Below are positions 50,081 through 63,145 of a DNA stretch of 64,000 bases, in pieces. Where the stretch lies: NCBI GenBank assembly GCA_029717555.1, contig JAMDHS010000012.1:1-64000 (forward strand), written 5' to 3'. The notes below the pieces were generated by a model. It searched no databases. It had not been told where the DNA came from and worked only from the letters and a program-made list of their open reading frames with translations. Each line of letters opens with the position of its first letter. Positions within the stretch are counted from its first letter, which is position 1. Made by a program: the position numbers and the translations under genes. This DNA is from Peribolospora baueri (taxonomy: Eukaryota).

Positions 50081-53000
50081 ATGGCGGACGAAGCTGAGGA
50101 GATCAAAGCGCTCCAGGCGCAGAGGAAGGCCGCAAAGGCGCAGAAGGCGTCGGCAGCCGGCGACAAAGTTGCCCTCGGTGGCAAGGGTGGTTATGACGAG
50201 GAGGTTTATGGCTCGCGAAAGGGTCGTTTTGAAGGTTACAACCAGACGTTGCCAATGGACGAGGACAGGGAAATGGATGGTCCTGATGACGACAACGAAC
50301 CTCGGGACGTCAACCCGCTCGACAAGTTCACCGCTCCGAAGCACGTCCTCGACGAGCTTGCAGACGACGAAGGGGAGGATCCCTTCGCCGGCACTTCGAA
50401 GTCGCGACGCATCGTCGACCGGCAGAGCGACTACCATCTTCGACGCTTCAACAGGGAGGCGGGTGAAGGGGCACGGCATGACCCTTTCGCCGAGAAGAAG
50501 GAGGGCGAGGAGAAGGGCACCTCGTACGCTGAGGCGATGCGACTCGCTGAAGTGGAGCGTGAGGAGAAACGGATCGCTGAGTTGGAGCGTGAGGAACAGA
50601 AGAAGAAGGAGGAGGCTGGAACGAAGGAGGAAGGCGGGAAGAAGGAGGATGGCGGATGGGCTGGTGCTGAGGAGAGACCTCGGAAGAGACGTTCACGCTG
50701 GGACGAGACGCCAGTCGCTGGTGCTGGCGCAAGCGCGCCCGGGGAGACGCCGAAGCGTTCGCGTTGGGATCAGACACCCGTCAACGCCAACGTCGCAGCT
50801 ACTCCTGTTGGGCAGTACGGCATGACGCCTGTCGGCGGTGGGGAGCTCTTCGGTGCCATGGACGTCGACAAGCGGAATCGTTACCTGACCGACGAGGAGC
50901 TCGACGCCACGCTCCCTTCCGAAGGATATGTCATCGTCGAACCGCCCGCAGGGTATGCGCCAATTCGCACCCCCGCTCGCAAGCTCATGGAGACTCCCAC
51001 TCCCGCTGGAGGTGGTGGCTTCATGATGCACGACGAGAGCGCGGCTCAACAGGTTGCTGCTGGCTTGACTCCTGAGCTCCCCAGCGATATCCCGGGGGTG
51101 GGCCAGCTTGCCTTCTTCAAAGCGGAGGACCAGCAGTTCTTCAAGAAGATCCTGGACGATAAGGAGGACGAGTCGGAGCTGAGCGTAGACGAGCTGAAGG
51201 AGAGGAAGATCATGCGATTGCTTCTGAAGATCAAGAACGGTACGCCACCGATGCGCAAAACAGCTCTGCGCCAGATCACCGACAAGGCGCGCGAGTTCGG
51301 TGCGGGACCTTTGTTCGACAAGATCTTGCCGCTGCTTATGGAGCGTACTTTGGAGGACCAGGAGCGCCATCTGCTCGTGAAGGTCATCGACCGCGTTCTC
51401 TACAAGCTGGACGATCTCGTGCGGCCATATGTTCATCGTATCCTTGTCGTCATCGAGCCGCTCCTCATCGATGAGGACTACTACGCCCGCGTGGAGGGCC
51501 GCGAGATCATCAGCAACCTTGCCAAGGCTGCCGGTCTGGCCCATATGATCTCTACGATGCGACCCGACATTGACCACGTCGACGAGTATGTCCGCAACAC
51601 GACTGCACGAGCTTTTAGTGTCGTCGCTTCTGCCCTCGGCATCCCCTCACTTCTGCTTTTCCTGAAGGCAGTCTGCCGTAGCAAGAAGTCTTGGCAGGCC
51701 AGGCACACCGGCATTCGCATCGTCCAGCAAATTGCGATCATGATGGGCTGTGCTATCCTTCCACATCTGAAGAACCTTGTTGACTGTATTGCGCACGGTC
51801 TCGAGGACGAGCAGCAGAAGGTCAAGACGATGGCCGCCCTCGGCATTGCCGCTCTTGCCGAGGCGGCTGCTCCTTACGGTATCGAATCTTTCGACTCAGT
51901 CCTCAAGCCGTTATGGACGGGCATTCGTCAGCACCGCGGGAAGGGTCTCGCAGCTTTCCTCAAGGCCATCGGTTTTATCATCCCCCTCATGGACCCTGAG
52001 TACGCCAACTACTACTGCAAAGAGGTGACGCCGATTCTTATCCGCGAATTCCAGAGCGCTGACGAGGAGATGAAGAAGATCGTCTTGAAGGTCGTCAAAC
52101 AATGCGCAGCCACCGATGGCGTCACGCCTGCCTTCATCAAGACCGAGATTTTGCCGGAATTCTTCAAAAATTTCTGGGTGCGACGGATGGCGCTCGACCG
52201 GCGCAATTATCGGCAGGTCGTCGAGACAACCGTCGAGTTGGCTCAGAAGGCGGGTGTAACCGAGATTGTGGGGCGCATCGTGACGGAGCTCAAGGACGAG
52301 AACGAGCCGTTCCGAAAAATGGTTATGGAGACGATCCAGAAAGTCATCGCAAGCCTTGGAGCGAGCGACATCGACGACCGCCTCGAGGTGCAGCTTATCG
52401 ACGGCATCATTTTCGCCTTCCAGGAGCAGACAGTCGAGGACCCTGTGATGCTGGACGGCTTTGGCACCATCGCCAATGCCCTCGGCGTCCGCCTCCAACC
52501 GTACCTTGCCCAGATCGTCTCCACCATCCTCTGGCGTCTCGGCAACAAGAGCCCCAAGGTTCGGCAGCAGGCGGCTGAGCTGACAACGAAGCTCGCGGTA
52601 GTGATCAAGCAATGCGGAGAGGACGCGCTCCTCTCCAAAGTGGGCCAATCACTGTTTGAGCAACTCGGCGAAGAGTTCCCTGAGTCGCTCGCGGCTATGA
52701 TTGCGGCCGAGAACGCTATTGCGAATGTGGTCGGCATGACACAGATGAATCCCCCCGTGAAGGATCTCTTGCCGCGCATGACACCTATCCTGCGCAATCG
52801 CCACGAGAAGGTGCAGGAGGCGTCGATCAACCTGATCGGCCGTATCGCAGACCGCGGTGCCGAGTTCGTGTCAGCGCGAGAGTGGATGCGCATTTGTTTC
52901 GAGCTGCTGGACTTGCTCAAGGCGCACAAGAAAGCCATTCGGCGCGCGGCGGTCAACTCGTTTGGCTACATCGCGAAGGCCATCGGTCCACAGGACGTCT

Positions 53001-53641
53001 TGCAAGTCTTGCTTACCAACCTGCGTGTGCAAGAACGCCAGAGCCGTGTGTGCTCAACCGTCGCCATCGCCATTGTCGCCGAGACATGTGGACCGTTCAC
53101 GTGCATCCCGGCAATCTTGAGCGAGTACCGCACGCCGGAACTCAATGTGCGGAACGGTTGTTTGAAGGCGCTTTCGTTCGTGTTCGAGTACATCGGAGAA
53201 ATGAGCAAGGACTACATCAACTCGGTCGTCACCTGCCTCGAGGACGCCCTCACGGATCGAGACCTCGTGCATCGCCAGACGGCCGCTGCCATCGTCAAGC
53301 ACCTCGCCCTCGGTACCGCCGGTTTGGGCAACGAGGACGCACTGATGCACCTGCTCAACCTGGTATGGCCCAACTGCTTCGAGTCGTCACCCCACGTCAT
53401 CCAGAACGTCATGGACGCCATCGAGGCCATGCGCGTCGGACTTGGTCCCGGTATCCTCCTCAGCTACTCCCTCCAGGGCTTGTTCCACCCGGCGCGCAAA
53501 GTCAGGGAAGTGTACTGGAGGATCTACAACTCCAACTATCTCGGTGCCGCGGACGCTCTCGTTCCTTACTACCCCAGCCTCGGAGACTTGTCCGACGACC
53601 GCAACTCGTACGAGCGCCATGAACTTGCCTTCTTCATTTGA
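50081..53641 (+). CDS. SF3B1: U2 snRNP subunit SF3B1 (Hsh155/Prp10), single exon
   Basis: RWDETP/RWDQTP repeats, [57 protein letters not shown], and HEAT repeats through to HPARKVR.VYW.IYN. Confidence 0.97.
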   Translation: MADEAEEIKALQAQRKAAKAQKASAAGDKVALGGKGGYDEEVYGSRKGRFEGYNQTLPMDEDREMDGPDDDNEPRDVNPLDKFTAPKHVLDELADDEGEDPFAGTSKSRRIVDRQSDYHLRRFNREAGEGARHDPFAEKKEGEEKGTSYAEAMRLAEVEREEKRIAELEREEQKKKEEAGTKEEGGKKEDGGWAGAEERPRKRRSRWDETPVAGAGASAPGETPKRSRWDQTPVNANVAATPVGQYGMTPVGGGELFGAMDVDKRNRYLTDEELDATLPSEGYVIVEPPAGYAPIRTPARKLMETPTPAGGGGFMMHDESAAQQVAAGLTPELPSDIPGVGQLAFFKAEDQQFFKKILDDKEDESELSVDELKERKIMRLLLKIKNGTPPMRKTALRQITDKAREFGAGPLFDKILPLLMERTLEDQERHLLVKVIDRVLYKLDDLVRPYVHRILVVIEPLLIDEDYYARVEGREIISNLAKAAGLAHMISTMRPDIDHVDEYVRNTTARAFSVVASALGIPSLLLFLKAVCRSKKSWQARHTGIRIVQQIAIMMGCAILPHLKNLVDCIAHGLEDEQQKVKTMAALGIAALAEAAAPYGIESFDSVLKPLWTGIRQHRGKGLAAFLKAIGFIIPLMDPEYANYYCKEVTPILIREFQSADEEMKKIVLKVVKQCAATDGVTPAFIKTEILPEFFKNFWVRRMALDRRNYRQVVETTVELAQKAGVTEIVGRIVTELKDENEPFRKMVMETIQKVIASLGASDIDDRLEVQLIDGIIFAFQEQTVEDPVMLDGFGTIANALGVRLQPYLAQIVSTILWRLGNKSPKVRQQAAELTTKLAVVIKQCGEDALLSKVGQSLFEQLGEEFPESLAAMIAAENAIANVVGMTQMNPPVKDLLPRMTPILRNRHEKVQEASINLIGRIADRGAEFVSAREWMRICFELLDLLKAHKKAIRRAAVNSFGYIAKAIGPQDVLQVLLTNLRVQERQSRVCSTVAIAIVAETCGPFTCIPAILSEYRTPELNVRNGCLKALSFVFEYIGEMSKDYINSVVTCLEDALTDRDLVHRQTAAAIVKHLALGTAGLGNEDALMHLLNLVWPNCFESSPHVIQNVMDAIEAMRVGLGPGILLSYSLQGLFHPARKVREVYWRIYNSNYLGAADALVPYYPSLGDLSDDRNSYERHELAFFI

Positions 53642-53812
53642 GCCTCTCGTTTTACCCTCACGGGAGAGACGAGATGGATTTCGGTTTTCGTTTCGATTTC
53701 GGGTCTGTACGATAGGCCGAGGCTTTCGGGTCAAGTAGGAAAACACTTCCACCTCGAAATGACATGATCTTGTTGCAACAGCGTGAAATACGACGTGGAA
53801 ACAAACTCGCGC

Positions 53813-55728
53813 TCAGATGCCCAGCTCCTTGGCGATGACAAACCTGGCGCACTCCCAGATCCGCCTCTTCACCAAGCTCCAATCCTTTTCGTCTTCGCCT
53901 ACCAGCCTCTTCACCGCTTCCTTCACCTCCGTCGTCGGGGAAGAAGCGTCGAAGACGAACCCACTCGCCTTCCGCCACTTCACGTCTTTTGGAGATCCAG
54001 ACACGACGGAGAACCGAGAAGCGCGGAGCTCGCGACCCGGCCAGCCTCCGAGGACGTCAGTGAAAGGGTAGGGTGATACGCGGGAGAGGATGAGAGAGAT
54101 GGAGTGAGGGGAGAGGGGGATTAGCATTGGGACGCTGATGAGGGAAAACGGACGCGCCGGCGGATGGTAAAGGGAAGATGTGCCGAGAGTGGAAAGGGCC
54201 ATGGTAGGAGGAAAAGGAGGCGTTCACACTCGAAGTCAGTAAGCGTCTCATCTTTGCTCTTGCTGGCCTGGACTGGGAGACCCCCCAGTCAAATTCAGTC
54301 CTCAAAGCAAAGCTCAAGTCCGCGTCCAATGCAGTGCCAGACGACCCAACGCGAGCGCAGTGACACGCACCTCCACATAAACGAAGCGCCCGAGCCATCT
54401 GGGCTGATCATGATCGAGTCGGCCGTGCAGAGTAGGCCTCCGTCGGTTCCGTTCGTTCGTTCCTTGGCGTTGTCTTTGCCATTGCTGTCGGCAGCCGTGC
54501 TTGAGTTACGGTCCCAATAGAGGACGGAAGAGCCGGCGAAATGGCTATTTGTGGGCACGTTCGATCGTCCGAATTCACCGTCGTCGTGGTGTCGGCAGGC
54601 GGGCACGAAACAAAGAATCGACGTCAGTATGGGAGAAAATAAATGAGAGGATGTGCGTCTCCTCCTCTCGAGGATGCACTTACCCTTCGACTCGAATTAG
54701 TATGACCCCCTTGCAGACCTCCCTTGCCTCTTCCTTCACCCTCACCGTCCACTCCGGCTCCTCCTCACCAAGCCAGCCTCCCGGCCAACCCCTTTGTAAC
54801 CACTCCTTATCCGCTTCGCTGACCCACACATTACATTCTGCCTTTCCCCTTCCATGCCCTCCGTGTTGCATGTCGTTTAGGGTGTTTAGAGCAGACAAGG
54901 CACGAGCGTAGGTGAGGTGGGAGCTGTAGAAGTGAGGATGCGAGATGCAGATGGCGACGATGCCCCCAAAAGGGGAGAAGGTGCGGTCGAGGAGGGCGAG
55001 CGTCTCTGCATCAATGTAAGAGCTGTACGAAATGGATATAAGAACCAATTCAGAGCTCAGGAGCGCACGCATCACTCCAGTCTGTGCGCATTGCGAATCG
55101 CCCGTCACCGCCCCAGACTCACATGCAATCCCACATGACCACACCCTCTTCGGTGACGAGCAAGATCGCTCTCTGTCCGATCCCGAAAGCCGGCTCTGTC
55201 TGGAGGAACCAGACTCTGTCGTTCTCCTCGTCACGCCAGAGCTTGTTGGTATATTTGGCGTCCCCAGGGGATGGGGAAGGGGACGTCATTTCGCGGAGCG
55301 TCGTCCAGCGCTGGCCCGAGGGCGGGAAGGGCTGGCGGTCATCTGAGGGTAGGAGACAGGAGCGAGATGGAGTTGAGAGGCCAAGAAGTTGAGCGAGACG
55401 TGAGTTCTAACGAACGACGAACAAAAACTCAGACCCGCCCACCTCGACAAACGACGCAATCGCCTTGCTTCCACCCCCTCACGCCCTCTCCGTAGATGCT
55501 CTTCTCTTCTTGGCCTTTGTCCTCCGCAGCCTGCAGGTCTGCTCGCGTGAGATGATACTGATACCCGCACGTCTCGCATATGAGCCAGTCGATGTGGTGG
55601 GCGGGAATCAGCGAGGCGTAGCGGGCGCGCTCTGAAGAGGAGAGGTCGAGGCGCTTCGACGAGCCCGAGGTGGAAACGGCGGAAGTGAATGAGACGGGAG
55701 CGTTGCCTGTTGCTGCGCGGCTTGTCAT
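53813..55728 (-). CDS. Metallo-beta-lactamase-fold hydrolase with an N-terminal Zn ribbon (YmaE-like), about 5 exons
   Basis: ICETCGYQY...CVVC..DDRQ..P..GQ.WTTL, TEPAFGIGQRAILL.T..G.VMWDC, AICISHPHFY, HFAGSSVLYW, L.TADSI, SFMW and P.LIPL. Confidence 0.82.
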
Positions 55729-56192
55729 CTTGGCGGTGGTGATGGTGGTGATGACGAGGAAGGGCCATGAGACGAACTCGCATCGGTCAATAGAAGAACC
55801 TCATTTTGGCCCCACACCATCTTTGCCACATGTCCTTTCGCCCAGTGGGGATCTTCAGATATCCCGACCGGCGGACAGCTTCCAGCTCATGCAATTCTCA
55901 AGGTTGTCATGTTAAAGAGATCGGCCCTGACCCTCTCTCTCGGGAAAGCTTCAAATTCGAAGAACCAGCCTCGCGGACATGATCTTGCTTCTCTCTTGCG
56001 GACGGGTGCGTGCGACGAAGGAGATCTATCCCCGAGTTCATGTGTCCAGGTTGTAATGCGGGTGTACACGGGAACATCCAAATGACGCAAAGAGAAAGGA
56101 AGGAAGAAAGCGAGCCGTCCTCCACCAAGAAATCGCGAGGCTGTCTGGAGTAGTCCGGTCGAACAAGCGGTCCTGGACGATCATCCAACCCA

Positions 56193-57634
56193 TCAGTTGT
56201 CCTCTTCGTCCTCCTCATCCTCGTCTCCTGACTCGTTGTCAAACCGGAATGGTGTAGCTTTTACGACGTCTTCGTCCACTTGACTGCCGATAGCGTTGTA
56301 ACTATGAACGTGAAAAAAGTGATCGAATCGACGTGAGGTGAGGCAGGGCAAACCCGACGAGGGGAAGAAGCATCGGTGAGCGAAATGAATTTGAACCGAG
56401 AAAGGTGGAGCACGCCGCACCGTGGCTTCAAGCGGGTGCTTGTCATCACAGAGAAACGAAGGCCTACTCACCGAAGGAGCAAGTCTCGGACCGCCCTCTC
56501 CTCCGTGTTCCTCTCCAGCTCCAGATCGACCCGCACGAGGTTGGCCTCGAGCTGACCACCTCTGTAGATGAGCAACGTAGGCAGCACAGCGTCCCTTGCT
56601 GCTCTCGTCGCTTCGTCTTCCTCTACCTCGTCTTCCTCGTCGTACTGACCTCCTGTTCGTCGCGTTGCTGACCCACCGCCAAAGCCGATGCAAGAAGCTT
56701 GAACGCGCAGGAACTTTGTGTGCGGGTTAAGGCGAGCAAGCAGGGAGAGGTGCCGGTCGATGATGTGGCAGAAGGGTACGGTCTGCATGTCGACGAGGCG
56801 GAGGCGAAAGAAAGAGAAGAAACACAGCATGGGAGAAGGGAAAGGGTGAGCAAGTTGTAATGGCTGGCCTCTGCAAGGCAGGACCCCCCAGCGGCATCGT
56901 CAGCACTCCACACGCAAGGCTTCACAAAGACGACTCACTGTAGAATAGATATGAATGACGACAGGCACCCTGATATCCTCGTCGTCAATGGCCTTCACAT
57001 ACCCTCTCGCCGTAACTTCTCTCAAGTGTCCAAACCACTTTCCCCGTCCCACCACACCTTTCTCCAAGCCCAGCTTATCCTTCGCTTTCTCCTTGCTCCC
57101 GCCTCCTCCTCGGAGCTCGCGTAGTCTTCGAGCCCGGTGGGCCGCTATGGCCATCGCTTCTTCGGCGTTATTATCGTCTTGCTCCTTCTCCTCGTCTCCC
57201 CCGTTCACCCTTTCCCTTCTCTCCAATATTTCCTCCCTTCTTCTCTGCCTCTCCGCCTCGTCCTCCTCATCTCTTTGATCCTCCTCGAAAGTCCTCGCGC
57301 TCAACGCCATCCTCTCCATCCTTCTGTTCGTCTCCATCATCGCTTTCGCCCTCGCTCGTCTTTGCGTCGCCTCGTGGACGTTCCGATCTCGGATGACACC
57401 TTTTGGGCCTGTTCGAGCGCCCCCTCCGGCTCCTCCGGGGGGACCGGAGGGAAGAGCTCCAACAGGTCCTGCGGCCTGGTCGTCATCGGACAAATCCGAG
57501 CCGAGCTCATCGTCCGTGTTCAAAGGCGAACCGGCGGCGGAAGACGAAGGGCTGCGAGAAGGTTCCGGGTCGGACTCGTTGGCGCCGAAGAGAGCGCCCG
57601 AAAGGACGAGCTGTTCGAGGGGGTCGTCGGACAT
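56193..57634 (-). CDS. Phosducin-like protein, group I (PhLP1/PhnA type), 3 exons
   Basis: TGPKGVI.D signature, then FGHLREV....YVKAID, VVIHIY, L..LAR..P.TKFLRV.A and VLPTLLIYRGGQL..NLV (thioredoxin-like domain). Confidence 0.85.
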
Positions 57635-58439
57635 GGACGTAGTGGAGTGAGATGGTAGTGGGGAGGATGGGGAGGATGACGAGGCTAGTAGGTTGACCAA
57701 GACTCGAAGATCGAACTACATATAGATTTGATGAAGCTCAAAATTGAAATTGAACCCAGAGCGCAATTGAAACCACAGCGCTCCTCGTTCGCGTCGTTCA
57801 AACGATATCGAGCCGTCTTCACCTCGCTGCAGTCCACCAGGGTCTGGCTGCCGAATGGTAGAGCAGATGGAGCTCCGACGCACACAGGAAGACGAGACCG
57901 GAAAAGCGAAAGAAAAACGAGCCACTGGAGGTCTCTTCGCGTCGCCCGGGGGGGAAACTGCCCCCCCCCCCCTCCTCCGACCCCCAACCCCCCATGGCGG
58001 AACCACGCACAAACAACTCCTTCAGGCTGAAATAGATCATCGAGTTTCTCACCACCGCCAGGGAAAGAGATGGCAAGGAGGTATGCAACTCGTTACAACT
58101 CGTTCATTTTACTCTGCGTACGCATGACCTTGAAGAGGTCGCTTTCACGCGTCGGGCGTTCAGCTCCGCGCAGTTGGACCTGGCTTGGTCATCATCTTGC
58201 CTCCTCGAGGGCAGTCGCTCATCGGTGGATGTCGTCCTGCTTCTGTCGACCAGCTCCATCACCAATCTAACCCTTACGAATAGCTCCCTGTCTGCTTGCC
58301 GCCTTGTCGAAGACTATCACCGTCCGACGCCATGATGTGCGTCAACCTTCTTCAGAAGGTGGTACCCTTTCAGGCCGCCGCCTCCCTGCTGCTCAACGTC
58401 CTCGCCTCCTCCGATTCCAACTCTCTGATCAAGACGCAG

Positions 58440-59161
58440 CCAAGCGAAGACGGTCGCTGTCCCGTTTGCAGTTCCTCTCCGGCCATGCAAGCGTATCCCG
58501 ATTCTGGGACACGTACCCTCGTTTGTGAAGCGACTAATGAAGGAGGCGGCGGAGAGAGTAGTACAGAAGGCAGAAGAAGAGGCTGATGCTGCTGTGGAGA
58601 AAGCAAAGAGAATAAGAGAAGAGGCGGAGAGGCTTTTGGGGAAAGGTGCGGATCAAGGAGCAGGCGGATATTCAACGTTTCGTGAAGGAGGTGGACGGAG
58701 GGAAAAGGCGACCAACGGCCGTGCCGTTCGTAGATTTTTGCAGGTGAGCCAAACAAAGGCTATCTTCGCTCAGACACCGATCACCGCTCTGCTTTATTTG
58801 ACACCATCTTCCGACCTGATGTCCTCCCAACCTCCCGGTTAGACAACTGCTGGCAGACTTTGAAGCGAAACGCTACTGCCCAACCCAAGAGCGCACGCTC
58901 CGTTTCCTAGCCGAAGAGCACGCCGGTGGCGTACCGCTCGAAGAGGCAGCTTGTGGCATTTCCAATGCGCCGGTGCTCATCTTCCTTCCAGAAGAAAGCG
59001 GACTGAGCGCGGAGGAGCTGGAAATTGAGCGTATGCTGCTTGAGGCCGAGGCGGAGCGTTTGGTGAGGGCGGAGATGAAAAGGGAAAAGAGGCTCAAGGG
59101 AAGCCCTAGGCGCAGTACAAGCACTGGGATCACTGCCGAGCCGCCTGGAGAGGTAGGCTAA
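58440..59161 (+). pseudogene. Hypothetical coiled-coil protein, possibly frameshifted
   Basis: Helical segments (KRLMKEAAERVVQKAEEEADAAVEKAKRIREEAERLL; ELEIERMLLEAEAERLVRAEMKREKRL) separated by a GTGAGC...TAG intron. They join only with a one-base shift near 58640. Confidence 0.3.
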
Positions 59162-59840
59162 CGAAGACAAGGGTCGAAAACTGGAGATGAAAGAAGACAT
59201 TGAGATACGAAGAAGGAAAGATAAGGGCGGCGAAAAGGCCGACATTGGGCGATTGTGTTCATGCAGGCCCTTCCAAACGCGGACAATGGTGAGAGGTGTA
59301 TCTGATCCGATATGGGTCCTGTGAAGCCAGTAGAAAGCTCGCCTAGAGAAGGTATCGTGAGCGTGTGATGGGATTAGAGAGCACCGTGTCATTGTGAGTT
59401 GTGGAGGTCATTGCGTATCGAAAGCCCTTAAAGAGCTTGGAGAGCACATTGCGTCTCACTGTGGAGTGCTGCAACTCAGTCCTGCGACAGGTCCTGTCAA
59501 TCTGGCGAGACGAACACGACCTCGCTGAACACATGACAGGGGCGTGCATCAGCCACTGGCGCCAAAGGCCCAGCTGGTTACTCACACGCTACCTTCTCAC
59601 ATCGCTCCGACGATGTCTGCGAGGGAGAGGGACGGACGAAAGAGACTCGTCAGCAGTCGAACCGACTAATTGCTGCTGCGGCAACGGCGAGCGCCCTAAG
59701 GACGGATCTCAAACCGTCAGATCTCATCCTTCTTTCACCCTGACCTTCGACTCCATACCCTCTGTCGCCTCCCCTCTCTATCTCGTACCCCGTCCCTCTC
59801 TATCCCACCCTTCTTGCCCTTGAAACAAATTTAGAGCCCC

Positions 59841-61703
59841 ATGTCCTACAGGTACAGCACCGGAGGTGGAGGCAGCTCAGCCTCGTCCTATACGTCCTCC
59901 AGGACGACGCAGTCCAAAGCGCAGAACGAGCGCAACGCGCAGACACTCCGTGCACTCGTCAAGATGGCTGACAATAAGCTGTGCGCGGACTGCAAGAGGA
60001 GCGGTGGGTGATTTTTTCTTGGCTGGGCATGTTTGCATGCTGAGAAGAGTTTACGGCGAAAGCGCATCCTCGCTGACCTTTCGGAAATGGTACGGCTTAT
60101 CGGCGAACGTGCTGCTTTGTCGCACCTACAAAGACGCACGATGGGCTTCATGGAACATGTGAGTCTCTCGTCTTTGTTTCTCTATCTCGCTTTACGGTGT
60201 CCGCCAGTTACTGCACGACTAACGAATGAACGTCTTCGATTCATGTGCCGTGTTCAGAGGCGTGTTTGTGTGCATTCGCTGCTCTGGCATCCATCGCAGC
60301 ATGGGCACTCACATCAGCAAAAGTGAGTGAACGGCTCCCACGTCTTCTCTTAACCGGCATCGAAAAGTCTCGCTGATCATCGCTCACGCGCACCCCACTC
60401 CGCGCTGCCAGTCAAATCTATCGACTTGGACATGTGGACGCCAGAGCAAATGGCTTCGATCCAGAAGTGGGGGAATAAGCGTGCGAACAAGTACTGGGAA
60501 GCCCACCTCCGCTCCGGTCACCAGCCTGCGGACCACAAGATGGAAAGTTTCATTCGGAGCAAGGTGAGCTGTCGGTCAATGGGGTCATTGCCAAGGGTTT
60601 TGCGCTAAACGAACCTGATCTTCGGTGCTTGTTCTTGCTGCACATAGTACGAATCGCGACGGTGGGCTATGGATGGTCCTCCGCCTTCCGACCCGTCCGT
60701 TTTTGACGACGATGGTGCGAACGTACAGGCTGAGCAGGTGCGTTTTGTTGGTTCTGCTGGGCGAAACCTAGCTTCAGTCCCAGTGACCTCGTCTCCATCT
60801 TTTCTCGAGCAGCCCCAACCGCCGTCAGGCAAGTCGACGCCCAAATCCTCTACAACGGCATCTAAGCCGGCTTCCACGAACCCCGTATTCGATCTCCTTT
60901 CCGATCCCTCCCCCTCTCCTGCCGCTGCGACCGCGCCGAGCACGTCAAGCAACGGAAATGCCGGCGCTGGGGTTGCTTTCTTAGAGAAGGGCGTCGCTCC
61001 ATCGGCGTCAAAGGCAGCAGCTGCTCCTGCAGCCCCGACGGGCGGCGGCGGCCTGTTCGATCTCGACTTCTATGCCCCATCTCCATCGGCCACCTCTCCC
61101 ACGTCCGACGCTCCCAAGCAGAGCAGCAAGTTGGACATTCTTTCGCTCTACTCCTCCCCTCCTGCCGCTCGCTCGCCTGCCGTCTCCGCGGCCAACAGCG
61201 GCGCGGCCTTTGGCGCTGCATTCGCTACGCCCGGTTCAGGACAGCCGGGAGCAGGTCAGGCGGGGATCGGCGGAGTTTCGAGCGGGTTGGCGGGATTGAG
61301 TTTGGGAGGCGCCGCAGCGGCAGCGGGCTCGTCAGGCGGGGGAGCGGGAGCGGGAGCGTTTACAGGACTAACGGACTTTGGAGGCTCGTCTGCCAATCCT
61401 TGGGCCCAGCCTTCCGCCGGGGCGACAGCCGGTGCCCGCCCTTCCGCAGGTGGGGTCAGTGCCACGGCCGTGGGAGAAGGAGGAGGAGGAGGAGGCGCGT
61501 TCGGCGCACAGGACCTGTGGGCCAACTCTTCGACCACCGGTGGTGGCGCGGGCGGAGGCTTTGGCGACTTTAGCAGTGCCGCCCCTTCTTCCATCTGGGC
61601 CTCCAACAGCTCCTCTTCCACGTCAGCAGCGACGGCGGCCGCTGCACCTCCCTCACAACCTAAGAAGGACGCCTTTGACGACTTGTGGGGCGACTTTAAG
61701 TGA
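59841..61703 (+). CDS. ArfGAP, Age2/SMAP-like, multi-exon
   Basis: [43 protein letters not shown].WTPEQ...WGN.RAN.YWE, ESFIRSKYE.RRW. The low-complexity tail carries coat-binding-type motifs (LFDLDF, FGDF, DAFDDLWGDF). Confidence 0.9.
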
Positions 61704-61965
61704 TCGCCGTCCGTCCGTCCGTTTTTCCCTTTTCTTGCAGACGCGCCGCCCGAGGCGCAAAGAGCGATGATCGACGAGGTTCGGTCGGCTTCTGACCCGA
61801 GCGGGTCGTTTGGCGGGGAGGGGAGCGGACGAATAGGGCGGGGGGTCGGGTCGGGGTGGGAGGCGAGGAAACGGAGAGGGGGACGAGACGATAAGGAGGA
61901 AAAAAGGAAGGAAGGGAGAATCGGCTCGACGAGGGGGGCGCGGGGTTGCACGAACGGCGACGCCA

Positions 61966-61993
61966 CGCACGCACGCACGCACGCACGCACGCA
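61966..61993 (+). repeat. (GCAC)n microsatellite
   Basis: cgcacgcacgcacgcacgcacgcacgca. Confidence 0.85.
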
Positions 61994-63145
61994 TATCCAT
62001 ATCCTCCTCTACCTGTCATGTTTTCTTGCGGAACGTTCACATCACATCCAACCCTTCCCTTCTTTCCTTCCCGCTCGTATCGCGCCACATCACACGAGAG
62101 TCTCGTCCGTCGCGATTAGCGAGCGCCAAGGACAAGGACGTCCGATGTGATCCGATAGCGTGACGTGCGTCGTGGGGTTGGGAGTGGGAGCTGCTGGACT
62201 GGCGAGCGACTGACGGACGGATGGACGGACATGTCTTTCGTATCACAACCAACCAGCCAACAACCAGCTAGCCAACCAGCCGGCCAGACAGACAAAATAG
62301 ACGTGTTCGAATTCAGGGAGGGGGGTTAGGACGAAGAGTGTATTAAGCAGAAGGCGTTGCAGGGTTGTGGGCGTACTCGACTCGAACTCGAACTCGACTC
62401 GTAGACAGGGGCGTTAAAGCTACATGCGTGCATGCTAGCGTAAGAGGGCAAGCGGAAAAGGAGGAAGGAAGGAGTCAAACACGGGGCGGGGATAGGCTAG
62501 AGGAGGCAAGTGGACGGATGGACGCGAGGGGTGAGAGGGGGGGGTTAGGGGAAGCGGTAAGGTTTGACCGACCGCGACGAGGAGAGCCCCTGAAGTGAAG
62601 TGAATGCCCCTGGGGCCTTGAGGCCAGGCCTGCCTGGGATGGGACAAGACTAAAGTGAAGAAAAAAAAAAGAGTAGACGAAAATGGGTTTCGTGATACGT
62701 AACTAGGTGACTACGAGTGCGGGCGAAGGGAAGGGACGCGGCCCGATCCAAAGGATCAGGAGGAGACGGGGGGCGTACGGGAAGGAAAGAGCATAGCGGG
62801 GAGAAAGGCGGGCACTGGACGAGAGAGAGGACACAAGAGCGGGGGCACAGGGGAACGGCAGCATAGATCGGGGAAAGGATAGGAAGGACGAATGGCACAA
62901 GAAGGGGAGGCAGAGCAAATCTCGCGGACGAAAAATGGGCGACGGGCGCGCCCAAGTAAAAAATAAACTGACCGTGCCGGCGCGAGCAGATGGGGTACGG
63001 CGGGGCGGCAGCTCGAAGGGTCAAATCAAAGAAAGGACGCCGCCTCGGGCGCGGGGGGTGAATGAATGACGAATGGGAGCCATTAAAAGACGGGGTCGAA
63101 AAGGGGGGAAATAAAAGATGGGAGAAAAGGGGGTGTGAAACCGGT

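Noticed and set aside
53813..55728. Recent bacterial horizontal transfer of the MBL-fold gene
   Set aside because: It has several spliceosomal introns and host-like composition, and the family is widespread in fungi.
57946..57972. G-run/C-run hairpin resembling a terminator
   Set aside because: Simple homopolymer runs in a eukaryotic spacer; no supporting context.
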